This document shows, one piece after another, positions 10,488 to 19,939 of a stretch of DNA of 64,000 nucleotides; within the stretch, counting starts at the first letter, position 1, and every line of letters starts with the position of its first letter. Under the pieces are notes generated by a model. That model did no database searches. It was not told the origin of the DNA and worked only from the letters and a program-made list of their open reading frames with translations. The stretch comes from an uncultured Actinomycetota bacterium. GTDB lineage: Bacteria; Actinomycetota; Actinomycetes; JACCUZ01. The stretch spans positions 121,378-185,377 of the forward strand of contig CAWARY010000018.1 in assembly GCA_963784645.1 (NCBI GenBank), in the 5' to 3' direction. A program made the position numbers and the translations under genes.

Positions 10488-11483
10488 ATGTCGCTCGCAT
10501 CCGACCACGCGGTCGAGACCCCGACCGGGTCCAGCGTCGAGGCCACCGAGATCGCCGGACGCTCGCTCAGCCAGATCGCGTGGGGGCGGCTGCGCCGCGA
10601 CAAGGTGGCGATGGTGAGCCTCTTCGTGGTCGTGCTGGTCATCCTGATCGCGGTGTTCGCCCCGCTGGTGACCAAGCTGGTCGGCGTCGACCCGTTGAGC
10701 TTCAACCAGAAGGCCGTCTCGGACGCCGGTGGCCTGCCGCTGGGCAAGTGGGGCGGCATCTCCCGGGACCACCCGCTCGGGGTGGAGCCGCTGACCGGCC
10801 GCGACATCTTCGCGCGCCTGCTCTACGGCGCCCGCATCTCGCTGCTGATCGCGCTCTCGTCGACGCTGCTGACCATGGTGCTCGGCGTCGTGGTCGGCAT
10901 CATCGCCGGCTACTCCAAGGGCTGGCTCGACACCGCCCTGGGCCGGCTGATGGACCTCATCCTCGCCTTCCCGCTCCTCCTCATCCTGCTGGCCATGTCG
11001 CCCGTGCTGACGCAGCGCCTCGAGGCCACGTTCAACATGCCCGGCAACGTGGCCCGGGTGACCTACATCGTGCTGGTCCTGAGCGTCTTCGGCTGGCCCT
11101 ACCTCGCCCGCATCGTGCGCGGCCAGGTGCTGAGCCTGCGAGAGCGGGAGTTCGTCGAGTCGGCTGTCTCGATGGGCGCCGGCACGCCGCGGATCCTCTT
11201 CAAGGAGATCCTGCCCAACCTGTGGGCGCCGATCCTGGTCTACGCCTCGATCGTCATCCCGACCTACATCGCCGCCGAGGCCACGCTGAGCTTCCTCGGC
11301 GTCGGGCTGCTGCCGCCGACCCCGTCCTGGGGCGCGATGCTCTCGGACTCGGTCTCGTTCTTCTACACGGTGCCCTCGTTCCTGTTCATCCCCGGCACCG
11401 CCCTGTTCATCGTCGTCCTGGCGTTCAACCTGCTGGGCGACGCGATCCGTGACGCTCTCGACCCGCGGGCGGGTCGAGCCTGA
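10488..11483 (+). CDS. Peptide ABC transporter permease (OppC/DppC type)
   Basis: ATG at 10488 after GAGGAGAGG. N-terminal TM segment VAMVSLFVVVLVILIAVFAPLV. EAA-like loop ..REREFVESAVSMGAGTPRILFKEILPN. Confidence 0.85.
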   Translation: MSLASDHAVETPTGSSVEATEIAGRSLSQIAWGRLRRDKVAMVSLFVVVLVILIAVFAPLVTKLVGVDPLSFNQKAVSDAGGLPLGKWGGISRDHPLGVEPLTGRDIFARLLYGARISLLIALSSTLLTMVLGVVVGIIAGYSKGWLDTALGRLMDLILAFPLLLILLAMSPVLTQRLEATFNMPGNVARVTYIVLVLSVFGWPYLARIVRGQVLSLREREFVESAVSMGAGTPRILFKEILPNLWAPILVYASIVIPTYIAAEATLSFLGVGLLPPTPSWGAMLSDSVSFFYTVPSFLFIPGTALFIVVLAFNLLGDAIRDALDPRAGRA

Positions 11484-11599
11484 CCGAACGACCACAAGCT
11501 TCCCCGGCACCGCCGGGGAGAAGCGGCACCGGCACGTGGAGGGTCGGTGGCGCCCACGGACCGGGACCATGAGTCCCGGCCCAGACCAGAAGGAGACAC

Positions 11600-13363
11600 A
11601 TGGGCAAGGCCAGCATCGGCCTGCGCGCAGTTGTCCTCGCGAGCGCGGCGGCGATGGCACTCGCCGCCTGCGGCGGGAGCAGCGGCGGCGGCAGTACCCC
11701 GGGTGACAGCGGCAATGGGAACGGTGAGCCGACCAAGGGCGGCACCCTGACCTTCATCACGCTGCAGGACCAGATCCAGCACCTCGACCCCCAGCGCAAC
11801 TACACCGGTGAGGACCTGGCCTTCACCAGCGGCTACCTCAACCGGACGCTGAACGTCTACAAGCTCAGCACCGACGGCACGACCGCCAACGAGCTGCAGC
11901 CCGACCTCGCGACCGACACCGGCACGCCGAACGACGACGCGACCTCGTGGTCGTGGACGCTCAAGGACGGCCTCAAGTGGGAGGACGGGTCGGACCTCAC
12001 CTGCGACGACCTCAAGTACGGCGTGTCCCGCACGTTCGCGACCGACATCATCACCGATGGTCCGAGCTACGCGATCACCATGCTGGACATCCCGACCGAC
12101 AAGGACGGGAACTCGGTCTACAAGGGCCCGTACGTCACCAAGGGCAACGACACCGCTGCCTTCGACAAGGCGGTCGTCTGCGAAGGCAACAAGATCACGT
12201 TCAACCTGAACAAGCCGGTCGGTGACTTCAACTTCACCGTCACGCTGAGCTCGTTCGCGCCCGTCCCCAAGGCCGCCGACACCGGTGAGAAGTACGACGA
12301 CAAGCCGGTCTCGAACGGCCCGTACAAGATCCAGGAGTACACCAAGGGCTCGCAGCTCGTCCTGGTCCGCAACGAGAACTGGGACCCGGCGACCGACGAC
12401 TACCGCCCCGCGTACCCGGACAAGATCGTCTACAAGTTCGGCCTCGAGGCGTCGGTCATCGACCAGCGCATGATCGCCGACTCGGGCGACGACCAGCAGA
12501 CGATCACCTCCGACCCGATCGAGCCCGCGTCGCTCGCGACCGTGTTCGGCTCGGACCGGTTCAAGGACCGTCGCGTGAACGAGCTCGACCCGTACGTCCG
12601 CTACTACGCGGTCAACGTGTCGAAGCTGCCGAACCTCGACCAGCGCAAGGCGATCGCGGCCGCTCTCGACCGCGCCCAGCTGCGCACCATCGCCGGTGGC
12701 GAGTACGCCGGTGACCTGGCCGACGGTGTCATCAAGCCGAACCTGCCGGCCGACTACGAGCCCTCGGGCATGTGGGACAGCCTGCTCGGCCAGAAGATCC
12801 CGGACAACGGTGACCCGGAGTACGCCAAGACGCTCATCCAGCAGTCCGGCGAGCCGATGAAGACCGTGCAGTTCGACTACCCGCAGACGCCGACCAACGA
12901 CAAGGCCGCGGCCGCCGTCGTGGCGTCGCTGGGCAAGGCCGACATCAAGGTCAAGCCGAACCCGATCGAGGCGGGCCAGTTCTACGGCATCGTCTTCGAC
13001 CCGGACAAGGCCGGCGACCTGATCGCCGCTGGTTGGGGCCCGGACTGGCCCAACGCGTCGACCGTCATCCCGGAGCTGTTCACCCCGAGCGGTGGCTTCG
13101 ACCTCTCGCAGTCCGACGACAAGTCGTTCAACCAGAAGTCGCTGGCAGCGAAGGGCATCACCGACCGGGCAGCACAGGGCGAGCAGTGGAAGGCCCTGAA
13201 CAAGGAGGCCATGGCGCAGGTGTGGGTCATCCCGACCCGCTTCGGCCGTGAGCAGCGCCTCGCGGGCTCCAAGGTGAAGGCTGCCTCGGGCACGAGCGGC
13301 CAGGTGTACATCTGGGCGCCCTACGGCTCCTGGTCGTACGCGGACCTCTACGTCGAGAAGTAA
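11600..13363 (+). CDS. Peptide/nickel ABC transporter substrate-binding lipoprotein (family 5)
   Basis: 587 aa. Signal peptide plus lipobox AAMALAACGG, RBS GAAGGAGA. Family-5 SBP length and composition. Sits at the position occupied by lpqW next to typA in mycobacteria (from memory). Confidence 0.85.
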   Translation: MGKASIGLRAVVLASAAAMALAACGGSSGGGSTPGDSGNGNGEPTKGGTLTFITLQDQIQHLDPQRNYTGEDLAFTSGYLNRTLNVYKLSTDGTTANELQPDLATDTGTPNDDATSWSWTLKDGLKWEDGSDLTCDDLKYGVSRTFATDIITDGPSYAITMLDIPTDKDGNSVYKGPYVTKGNDTAAFDKAVVCEGNKITFNLNKPVGDFNFTVTLSSFAPVPKAADTGEKYDDKPVSNGPYKIQEYTKGSQLVLVRNENWDPATDDYRPAYPDKIVYKFGLEASVIDQRMIADSGDDQQTITSDPIEPASLATVFGSDRFKDRRVNELDPYVRYYAVNVSKLPNLDQRKAIAAALDRAQLRTIAGGEYAGDLADGVIKPNLPADYEPSGMWDSLLGQKIPDNGDPEYAKTLIQQSGEPMKTVQFDYPQTPTNDKAAAAVVASLGKADIKVKPNPIEAGQFYGIVFDPDKAGDLIAAGWGPDWPNASTVIPELFTPSGGFDLSQSDDKSFNQKSLAAKGITDRAAQGEQWKALNKEAMAQVWVIPTRFGREQRLAGSKVKAASGTSGQVYIWAPYGSWSYADLYVEK

Positions 13364-13428
13364 GTCCTTCGACGCAGAGCAGTCCTCAGCACCACAGCAT
13401 CACCAGCACCACCTGAAGTGAGTCCGGT

Positions 13429-13464
13429 CTGAGCCGGGGGGCGGTTCTCCGCCCCCCGGCTCAG
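13429..13464 (+). terminator. Perfect 16-bp GC hairpin between the SBP and permease genes (intra-operon attenuator or stabiliser candidate)
   Basis: CTGAGCCGGGGGGCGG ttct CCGCCCCCCGGCTCAG, starting 66 nt after the SBP stop. No T-tract. Confidence 0.55.
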
Positions 13465-13637
13465 CCGAGCCAAGGCCCAGCTCGTGCCGGCGACCGGCAC
13501 ATGGTTCGCTGTCCCAGGCGCGCCGTGGAGAACTGCAAGCCGATCCTGCGTCCACCGGCGCCCTCCGGCGTCGTACTCTCGTCACGATCCGCGTCGACCG
13601 CGTCTTGCGGCCGGCCTGATGCCCTGGAGGTCCGACG

Positions 13638-14627
13638 GTGGGTGCCTACATAGTCCGTCGGCTGGTCGCGATGGTGCTGATGCTCATCGCGCTCAGCATG
13701 ATCGTGTTCCTGATCTTCAACGCGCTGCCCGCCGACCCCGCGCGCCTCACCTGCGGCAAGTCCTGCAGCCCGCAGATCATCGAGGCCAACCGGCACCGGC
13801 TCGGCCTGGACAAGCCGCTGGTCAACCAGTACGGCGAGTTCGTCAAGGGCATCTTCGTCGGGCGCACCTACGGCTCGGGCACGGCGACCTTCGACTGCCA
13901 CGTGCCGTGCCTGGGCTACTCGTTCCGCCGCGGCGAGCAGGTCACCGACCTGCTGTGGAACCGGTTCCCGGTGACCGGGCAGCTCGCCCTCGGAGGCTTC
14001 ATCCTGTGGATCGTCGCCGGGGTCAGCTCCGGCATCGTGTCCGCGCTGAGACGCGGGAAGTGGCAGGACCGCGCGATCATGGGCTTCTCCCTGATCGGCT
14101 ACTCGTTCCCGTCGTTCTTCATCGGCCTGCTGCTGGTCTTCTTCATCCAGATCAAATGGGCGCTGATCGGCTTCGACGGCTACGTGCCGCTCTACGAGGA
14201 TCCCGTCGGCTGGTTCAAGGGCTTCATCCTGCCGTGGACCTCGCTGGCACTCATCTCGGCGGCGTTCTACGCCCGCCTCACCCGCAACCAGATGCTCGAG
14301 ACCCTGGGCGAGGACTACATCCGCACCGCACGGTCCAAGGGCCTGCGTGAGCGGACGGTCATCGGCAAGCACGCCCTGCGCGCCGGCCTCACCCCGATCG
14401 TGACCGCCGCCGGACTCGACCTGGCCACCCTGCTCGGCGGTGCGATCATCACCGAGCGGATCTTCAACCTCAACGGCATCGGATCGCTCGCGATCGGGTC
14501 GGTCCTCGACTCCGACCTGCCGGTGATCACCGGCACTGTGCTGCTCGCCGCAACGTTCGTCATCGTCGCCAACCTGGTCGTCGACATCCTGTACGCCGTC
14601 ATCGACCCCCGGGTGAGGCTCACGTGA
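13638..14627 (+). CDS. Peptide ABC transporter permease (OppB/DppB type)
   Basis: 329 aa. GTG start after GGAGG. MGAYIVRRLVAMVLMLIALSMIVFLIF.., ..EDYIRTARSKGLRERTVIGKHALR (EAA motif). Confidence 0.9.
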   Translation: MGAYIVRRLVAMVLMLIALSMIVFLIFNALPADPARLTCGKSCSPQIIEANRHRLGLDKPLVNQYGEFVKGIFVGRTYGSGTATFDCHVPCLGYSFRRGEQVTDLLWNRFPVTGQLALGGFILWIVAGVSSGIVSALRRGKWQDRAIMGFSLIGYSFPSFFIGLLLVFFIQIKWALIGFDGYVPLYEDPVGWFKGFILPWTSLALISAAFYARLTRNQMLETLGEDYIRTARSKGLRERTVIGKHALRAGLTPIVTAAGLDLATLLGGAIITERIFNLNGIGSLAIGSVLDSDLPVITGTVLLAATFVIVANLVVDILYAVIDPRVRLT

Positions 14628-15805
14628 GCGAGGCATTCCTCGACGTCCGGGACCTCCGGGTCCAGTTCCCCACCGAGGACGGCGTCGTCAGCGCCGTCGA
14701 CGGCGTCGACTTCTCGGTCGAGAAGGGCAAGACGCTGGCGATCGTCGGTGAGTCGGGTTCGGGCAAGTCGGTCACCGCCCAGGCGATCATGGGCCTGATC
14801 AACCGGAAGTCCGCGAAGATGACCGGCGAGGTGTACCTCGACGGCGAGGAGCTCGTCGGCGCCCGCCCGGAGCAGGTCCGCTCGCTGCGCGGCAAGCGGA
14901 TGGCGATGATCTTCCAGGACCCGCTGTCGTCCCTGCACCCCTTCTACACGATCGGGAAGCAGCTGGCCGAGGCCGTCCTGGTGCACCAGAAGGTGTCCAA
15001 GCAGGAAGCCCTGGGCCAGGCGCGCGACATGCTGGCCCGGGTCGGCATCCCCAACCCGGAGCGCCGGATCAAGGACTACCCCCACAACCTCTCGGGCGGC
15101 ATGCGCCAGCGCGTCATGATCGCGATGGCGCTGCTGAACAGCCCGGAGATGCTCATCGCCGACGAGCCGACCACCGCGCTCGACGTCACGGTGCAGGCGC
15201 AGATCATCGAGCTGCTCAACGACCTGCAGTCCGAGTTCGGCACGGCCATCGTGCTCATCACCCACGACCTCGGTGTGGTGGCGGACATGGCCGACGACGT
15301 CGTGGTGATGTACGGCGGCCGGGTCGTGGAGCGCGGCGCGGTCGAGGACATCTACTACCGGCCGGAGATGCCGTACACATGGGGCCTGCTCGGCTCGGTG
15401 CCGCGGATGGACACCGACCGTGGTGAGCGGCTCGAGCCGATCCCCGGCCAGCCGCCGTCGCTGATCCGGCTGCCCACGGGCTGCGTCTTCCGGCCCCGGT
15501 GCCCGTACCACGAGCTGGTCCCCGGCAACCGGTGCGACACCGACCGCCCAGCTCTCGAGGCGGTGACGCCCGAGCACTCGGTGCGCTGTCACCTCGAGCC
15601 CGCCCAGCGCCGCGAGATCGCCTCGGAGCGGCTGGCCGCCCGGGGTGGCGACGTCCTCGGCGGGGGCGCCGGCGGCGACGGTGTCGGTGCGACGCGGACG
15701 GCGACGGCCACCAGGCCCGCGCCTGCGGCGACAGACCAGGCGACCAGCACCACGCCCACGACCCCGGTCCCAGCGGACCAGCCGACGCAGGAGGACCAGC
15801 AGTGA
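14624..15805 (+). CDS. Peptide ABC transporter ATP-binding protein (OppD type) with a low-complexity C-terminal tail
   Basis: Walker A GESGSGKS, signature LSGGMRQR, Walker [12 protein letters not shown]. 4-nt overlap with the upstream permease. Last ~60 aa are a G/A/T/P-rich tail. Confidence 0.9.
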   Translation: MSEAFLDVRDLRVQFPTEDGVVSAVDGVDFSVEKGKTLAIVGESGSGKSVTAQAIMGLINRKSAKMTGEVYLDGEELVGARPEQVRSLRGKRMAMIFQDPLSSLHPFYTIGKQLAEAVLVHQKVSKQEALGQARDMLARVGIPNPERRIKDYPHNLSGGMRQRVMIAMALLNSPEMLIADEPTTALDVTVQAQIIELLNDLQSEFGTAIVLITHDLGVVADMADDVVVMYGGRVVERGAVEDIYYRPEMPYTWGLLGSVPRMDTDRGERLEPIPGQPPSLIRLPTGCVFRPRCPYHELVPGNRCDTDRPALEAVTPEHSVRCHLEPAQRREIASERLAARGGDVLGGGAGGDGVGATRTATATRPAPAATDQATSTTPTTPVPADQPTQEDQQ

Positions 15806-16845
15806 CCGTCGTCGACGAGACCGGCGCAAGCGCGGTCCTCCGCCGCGACGACGCGCTGCTGCGCGTCGACCGGGTGCAGAAGTACTTCCCGATCAACGGT
15901 GGCGGGATCCTCAAGCGCAAGGTCGGCGACGTCAAGGCCGTCGAGAGCATCAGCTTCGACATCGTGCCGGGCGAGACCCTCGGCATCGTCGGCGAGTCCG
16001 GCTGCGGGAAGTCGACCGCCGGCCGCACGATCATGAAGCTGCTCGACCCGACCGACGGGAAGATCGAGTTCGAGGGTCGTGACATCACGAACCTCACCCG
16101 CAAGGAGATGGTCCCGCTGCGTCGCGAGATGCAGATGATCTTCCAGGACCCCTACTCCTCGCTGAACCCCCGGCACACGGTCGGCGCGATCATCTCGGCG
16201 CCGTTCAAGGTGCAGGGCGTCAAGCCGGCGCGCGGCGTACAGGCCGAGGTGCAGGACCTGATGGCCCGCGTCGGCCTCAACCCCGAGCACTACAACCGCT
16301 ACCCGAACGAGTTCTCCGGCGGCCAGCGGCAGCGCATCGGCATTGCCCGGGCGATCGCCCTGCGACCCAAGCTGATCGTCTGCGACGAGCCGGTGTCGGC
16401 CCTCGACGTGTCGATCCAGGCCCAGGTCGTCAACCTGCTCGAGGACCTGCAGGACGAGTTCCAGCTCGCCTACGTCTTCATCGCGCACGACCTGTCGGTC
16501 GTCCGGCACATCTCCGACCGGATCGCGGTCATGTACCTCGGCCGGATCATGGAGATCGCCGACGCGGAGAAGATCTACGAAGGCCCGCTGCACCCGTACA
16601 CGCACGCACTCACCTCGGCCGTGCCGCTGCCGGACCCCAACGCCGAGCGCAAGCGCGAGCGGATCCTGCTCAAGGGCGACCTGCCGAGCCCGATCAACCC
16701 GCCCTCCGGCTGCGTGTTCCGGACCCGGTGCCCGAAGGCGCAGACGAAGTGCGCCGAGGAGATCCCGCTGCTGCGCGAGCTCGCGCCCGGCCACTTCGGT
16801 GCCTGCCACTTCCCCGAGGAGAAGACCGCCCTCATCAAGGGCTGA
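15802..16845 (+). CDS. Peptide ABC transporter ATP-binding protein (OppF type)
   Basis: GTG at 15802 overlaps the oppD-type stop (GTGA). GESGCGKST, FSGGQRQRIGIARA, LIVCDEPVSALD. Confidence 0.9.
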   Translation: MTVVDETGASAVLRRDDALLRVDRVQKYFPINGGGILKRKVGDVKAVESISFDIVPGETLGIVGESGCGKSTAGRTIMKLLDPTDGKIEFEGRDITNLTRKEMVPLRREMQMIFQDPYSSLNPRHTVGAIISAPFKVQGVKPARGVQAEVQDLMARVGLNPEHYNRYPNEFSGGQRQRIGIARAIALRPKLIVCDEPVSALDVSIQAQVVNLLEDLQDEFQLAYVFIAHDLSVVRHISDRIAVMYLGRIMEIADAEKIYEGPLHPYTHALTSAVPLPDPNAERKRERILLKGDLPSPINPPSGCVFRTRCPKAQTKCAEEIPLLRELAPGHFGACHFPEEKTALIKG

Positions 16846-16867
16846 CGCCCGTCCCCGCGTCCTGATG

Positions 16868-16930
16868 CGTTGAGTGGCGCGCTGTTGCAGTTCTGGTGGG
16901 TCAGAAAGTGCAACGGCGCGCCACTCAACG
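16868..16930. repeat. Hairpin repeat family 1, copy B
   Basis: GTTGAGTGGCGCGCTGTTGCA (16869-16889) and TGCAACGGCGCGCCACTCAAC (16909-16929) pair at 20 of 21 positions. Starts 23 nt after the oppF-type stop. Confidence 0.8.
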
Positions 16931-17075
16931 GCACCGGCGAGGGCAGCAAGCGCTCCCGCCGTCGTCACGTCGGTCAGATCGGCGGTCGCGTCCCTGCTCC
17001 GCCGTCGTGGCGGCTGTCATTGCGGCTTCGGAGGACGATGGGCGGCGACCCGCCGTCCGCAACCGACCCCGATGC

Positions 17076-17137
17076 GTTCACTGGCGCGTTGTTGCACCCG
17101 GCAATCGATTGCAGACAGTCACAACGCGCCACTCAAC
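17076..17137. repeat. Hairpin repeat family 1, copy C (degenerate)
   Basis: GTTCACTGGCGCGTTGTTGCA ... ACAACGCGCCACTCAAC. Two arm mismatches. Shares the left flank GATGCGTT with copy B. Confidence 0.7.
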
Positions 17138-17193
17138 GCATGATCAACGCGGTGGTGCCACTCTCCGAGACACGGCCCCGATCGACGGCGGGA

Positions 17194-17770
17194 GAGCCGG
17201 CGACCGCGAGAGCCGACGACTGCCACCGCCTGTCCTGGCCGCTCTGACCGCCACCGCGATGACGAGCCAGTGGCGATCGAAGTGGCCCCGCTGGACGGCT
17301 GCTTTCCGACTGCCGAGCGGGGCCACTTCGCTCGTCGGACGGCGGGACGGCGGGACGGCGGGACGGCGGGACGGCGGGACGGCGGGACGGCGGGCGAGCC
17401 GGCGACCGCGAGAGCCGACGACTGCCGCCGCCTGTCCTGGCCGCTCTGACCGCCACCGCGATGACGAGCCAGTGGCGATCGAAGTGGCCCCGCTGGACGG
17501 CTGCTTTCCGACTGCCGAGCGGGGCCACTTCGCTCGTCGGACGGCGGGACGGCGGGACGGCGGGACGGCGGGCGAGCCGGGCGACCGCCCGGGCCGACCA
17601 CTGCCGCCGCCTGTCCTGGCCGCTCTGACCGCCACCGCGATCGACGAGCCGGTGGCGATCGAAGTGGCCCCGCTGGACGGCTGCTTTCCGACTGCCGAGC
17701 GGGGCCACTTCGCTCCTGGACGGCGGGAGAGCCGCCCGCCGTGGCCAGCCGACGACTGCCGCTGCTGGTC
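17194..17770. repeat. Tandem repeat: three units (202, 178 and ~155 bp) plus a partial fourth, each with a 15-bp-stem hairpin and a (GGACGGCG)n microsatellite
   Basis: Units start with GAGCCGG at 17194, 17396 and 17574. Hairpins CGAAGTGGCCCCGCT...AGCGGGGCCACTTCG at 17278-17330, 17480-17532 and 17660-17712. GGACGGCG occurs x7 (17337-17392), x4 (17539-17570) and x1 (17718-17725). The 24-bp length difference between units 1 and 2 equals three 8-mers. Confidence 0.9.
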
Positions 17771-19882
17771 CTACCGCGGGGTGACGCCCAGGTGGCGCTG
17801 CAGCCACTCGACCTGGAGCACCAGCTTGTTCTCCTCCACGACGTCCTGCGGCGTCATGTGGGTGACGCCGGAGAGCGGCAGGACCTCGTGCGGGCGGCCG
17901 GCGGCCACCAGGGCTGCGGACAGTCGCAGGGTGTGCGCCACCACGACGTTGTCGTCGGCCAGACCGTGGATCACCAGCAACGGCCGGGTGAGCCGGGGGG
18001 CGTCGTCGAGCAGGGAGTTGCGGCGGTAGACGTCCGGCGCCTGTGCGGGGTGGCCGAGGTAGCGCTCGGTGTAGAAGGTGTCGTACAGCGACCAGTCGGT
18101 GACCGGGGCGCCGGCGACGGCGGCGTGGAAGACGTCCGGTCGCCGCAGCACGGCCAGCGCGGCCAGGTAGCCGCCGAACGACCACCCCCGGATGCCGACA
18201 CGGGAGAGGTCCAGGTCGGGCACCACCTCGGCCACGCCGTGCAGGCCCGCCACCTGGTCGTCGAGGGTGGCGTCGAAGGCGTCGCGCACGGCGCGGTCCC
18301 AGGCCGGTCCGCGGCCGCCGGTGCCGCGGCCGTCGACCTTCACCACCGCGAACCCTCGGTCGGCGATCCACTGCTCCTCGCGCCACCGCTCCGGCATGTC
18401 CAGGACCTCGCGGTGGTGCGGGCCGCCGTACGGGTCCATGAGCACCGGCAGCGGCGTGCCCGGGGTGTGGTCGCGGGGCAGGACGACGCCCACGGCAAGC
18501 CGGTCGGCGCCCACCCGGTAGAACGTCGGGCGCCCGACCACGGGCGGCGTCGCGGCGTACGACGTGACGACCCGCCGGGCGGCCGGCGAGGTCACCACCA
18601 CGACGGGCAGCGGCCGGGTGGTCGACCGCTCGACCACCACGAGGGTCCCGCCCGCCTGCAGCCCGGTGCGGTAGCCGCCCGGGTCCGTGACGCGCTCGGC
18701 ACCGACCTCCGGGGTCCAGCGCCACAGCTGCCGCTGGACCGGGTCGTCGGTGGCCTCGAACAGGACGCCGTCGCCGTCCGCCGACAGCACCGCCTCGACC
18801 TGCAGGCCGACCGGGGTCACCGGCGCGCCGGCCACGACCAGCCGTCGGGTGTCCTCGAGGTCGGCGGTGACCACCAGGCTCCCGTCGGGCAGCAGGACCG
18901 GGACGCCGTCGACCGCGTCGAGCCACACGTCGTCCGACTGCTCCAGCAGCACCGTCGTCGCCCCGGTCGCCGGGTCCACGGCGAGCACGCGGCCCAGTCG
19001 CTGGTCGCGCGACATGACCTGCACGACAGCGCCGCCGAGAGACCAGGACGCGCGGACGAGGTAGGGAAAGGCCTCCCGGTCCCACGACACGTCGACCCGG
19101 TCGCCCGCGAGGTCGAGGACGTGCAGCGTCACCGCTGCGTCGTCGCTGCCGGCCACCGGGTAGCGCAGCTCGGCGGCCGGGCGCTCGGGGTGCGCCGGGT
19201 CGGCGACGTACCAGGTGGGCACCGGCCCGTTGTCGACGCGGGCGGCCAGCACCGCGGTGCCGTCGGGCGACCACCAGTAGCCGCGCGACCGGTCCATCTC
19301 CTCGGCCGCCACGAACTCCGCGACGCCCCAGGTGACGTGCTCCTTCTCGGCCGTCGCCAGCACGCGCGGCTGCGAGCCGTCGACCGGTGCCACGTGCAGC
19401 GCCCCCTCGGCGGCGTACGCCACCCAGGTTCCGGTCGGGTCCGGCCGGGGATCGATGACGGCACCGGCGGCGGCCAGCTCGCGTACGCCGTCGCCACCGA
19501 CCAGGTCGGCGACCCACAGGCGGCTGCTCAGGGCGAACGCCGCCACTGTCGTGTCGCGGTCGGTGGCGTACCCGACGATGCCGCCGGCACCCTCGCGGCT
19601 GCGCTCCCGGCGCGACCGCTCCGCGGCCGAGAGCCGCTCCTCGCCGCCGGCCAGCAGGATGTCGGGGTCTGCCACCAGCGTCTCGTGCCCGGTGGCCACG
19701 TCCATCGACCACAGCGAGCCGACCGGGTCGGTGTCGTGGCCGGACCGCACGAACAGCAGCCGGCTGCCCGTCTGGTCGAGGTGCAGGCTGCGCGGGGCGC
19801 CCCGGGTGAAGCGCTGCGTCCGGGCGTTCTCGCGCGGGAAGGAGCCGGATCCGGAGGCGTCGGACGGGGTCGCGTCAGGCAT
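17771..19882 (-). CDS. Prolyl oligopeptidase family S9 serine peptidase (dipeptidyl-peptidase IV-like: beta-propeller plus alpha/beta hydrolase)
   Basis: 703 aa. Catalytic GWSFGGY, C-terminal ..[12 protein letters not shown]..., ..GVTHM.. (Ser-Asp-His order). Confidence 0.85.
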   Translation of the reverse strand: MPDATPSDASGSGSFPRENARTQRFTRGAPRSLHLDQTGSRLLFVRSGHDTDPVGSLWSMDVATGHETLVADPDILLAGGEERLSAAERSRRERSREGAGGIVGYATDRDTTVAAFALSSRLWVADLVGGDGVRELAAAGAVIDPRPDPTGTWVAYAAEGALHVAPVDGSQPRVLATAEKEHVTWGVAEFVAAEEMDRSRGYWWSPDGTAVLAARVDNGPVPTWYVADPAHPERPAAELRYPVAGSDDAAVTLHVLDLAGDRVDVSWDREAFPYLVRASWSLGGAVVQVMSRDQRLGRVLAVDPATGATTVLLEQSDDVWLDAVDGVPVLLPDGSLVVTADLEDTRRLVVAGAPVTPVGLQVEAVLSADGDGVLFEATDDPVQRQLWRWTPEVGAERVTDPGGYRTGLQAGGTLVVVERSTTRPLPVVVVTSPAARRVVTSYAATPPVVGRPTFYRVGADRLAVGVVLPRDHTPGTPLPVLMDPYGGPHHREVLDMPERWREEQWIADRGFAVVKVDGRGTGGRGPAWDRAVRDAFDATLDDQVAGLHGVAEVVPDLDLSRVGIRGWSFGGYLAALAVLRRPDVFHAAVAGAPVTDWSLYDTFYTERYLGHPAQAPDVYRRNSLLDDAPRLTRPLLVIHGLADDNVVVAHTLRLSAALVAAGRPHEVLPLSGVTHMTPQDVVEENKLVLQVEWLQRHLGVTPR

Positions 19883-19939
19883 CCGGCCAACCTACCGAGG
19901 CGCCGGGACGGCTGCCGGGCCGCAGGTAGGGTCGCCGCC

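Noticed and set aside
17278-17712. Possible CRISPR array (three identical hairpin-forming repeats at regular spacing)
   Set aside because: The sequences between the hairpins are themselves repeated almost identically, so this is a tandem duplication and there are no unique spacers. The period is ~180-200 bp, the repeat is 53 nt, and no cas genes are present.
16874-18029. ORFs of 89-377 aa on both strands across the repeat region (for example 16896-18029 +, 17119-17601 -, 17144-17635 -)
   Set aside because: Their 'proteins' are translations of the octamer microsatellite and the hairpins (PAVPPSRR.. and RRDGGTAG.. repeats). The 8-nt period shifts the frame with copy number, and there is no RBS or homolog-like motif.
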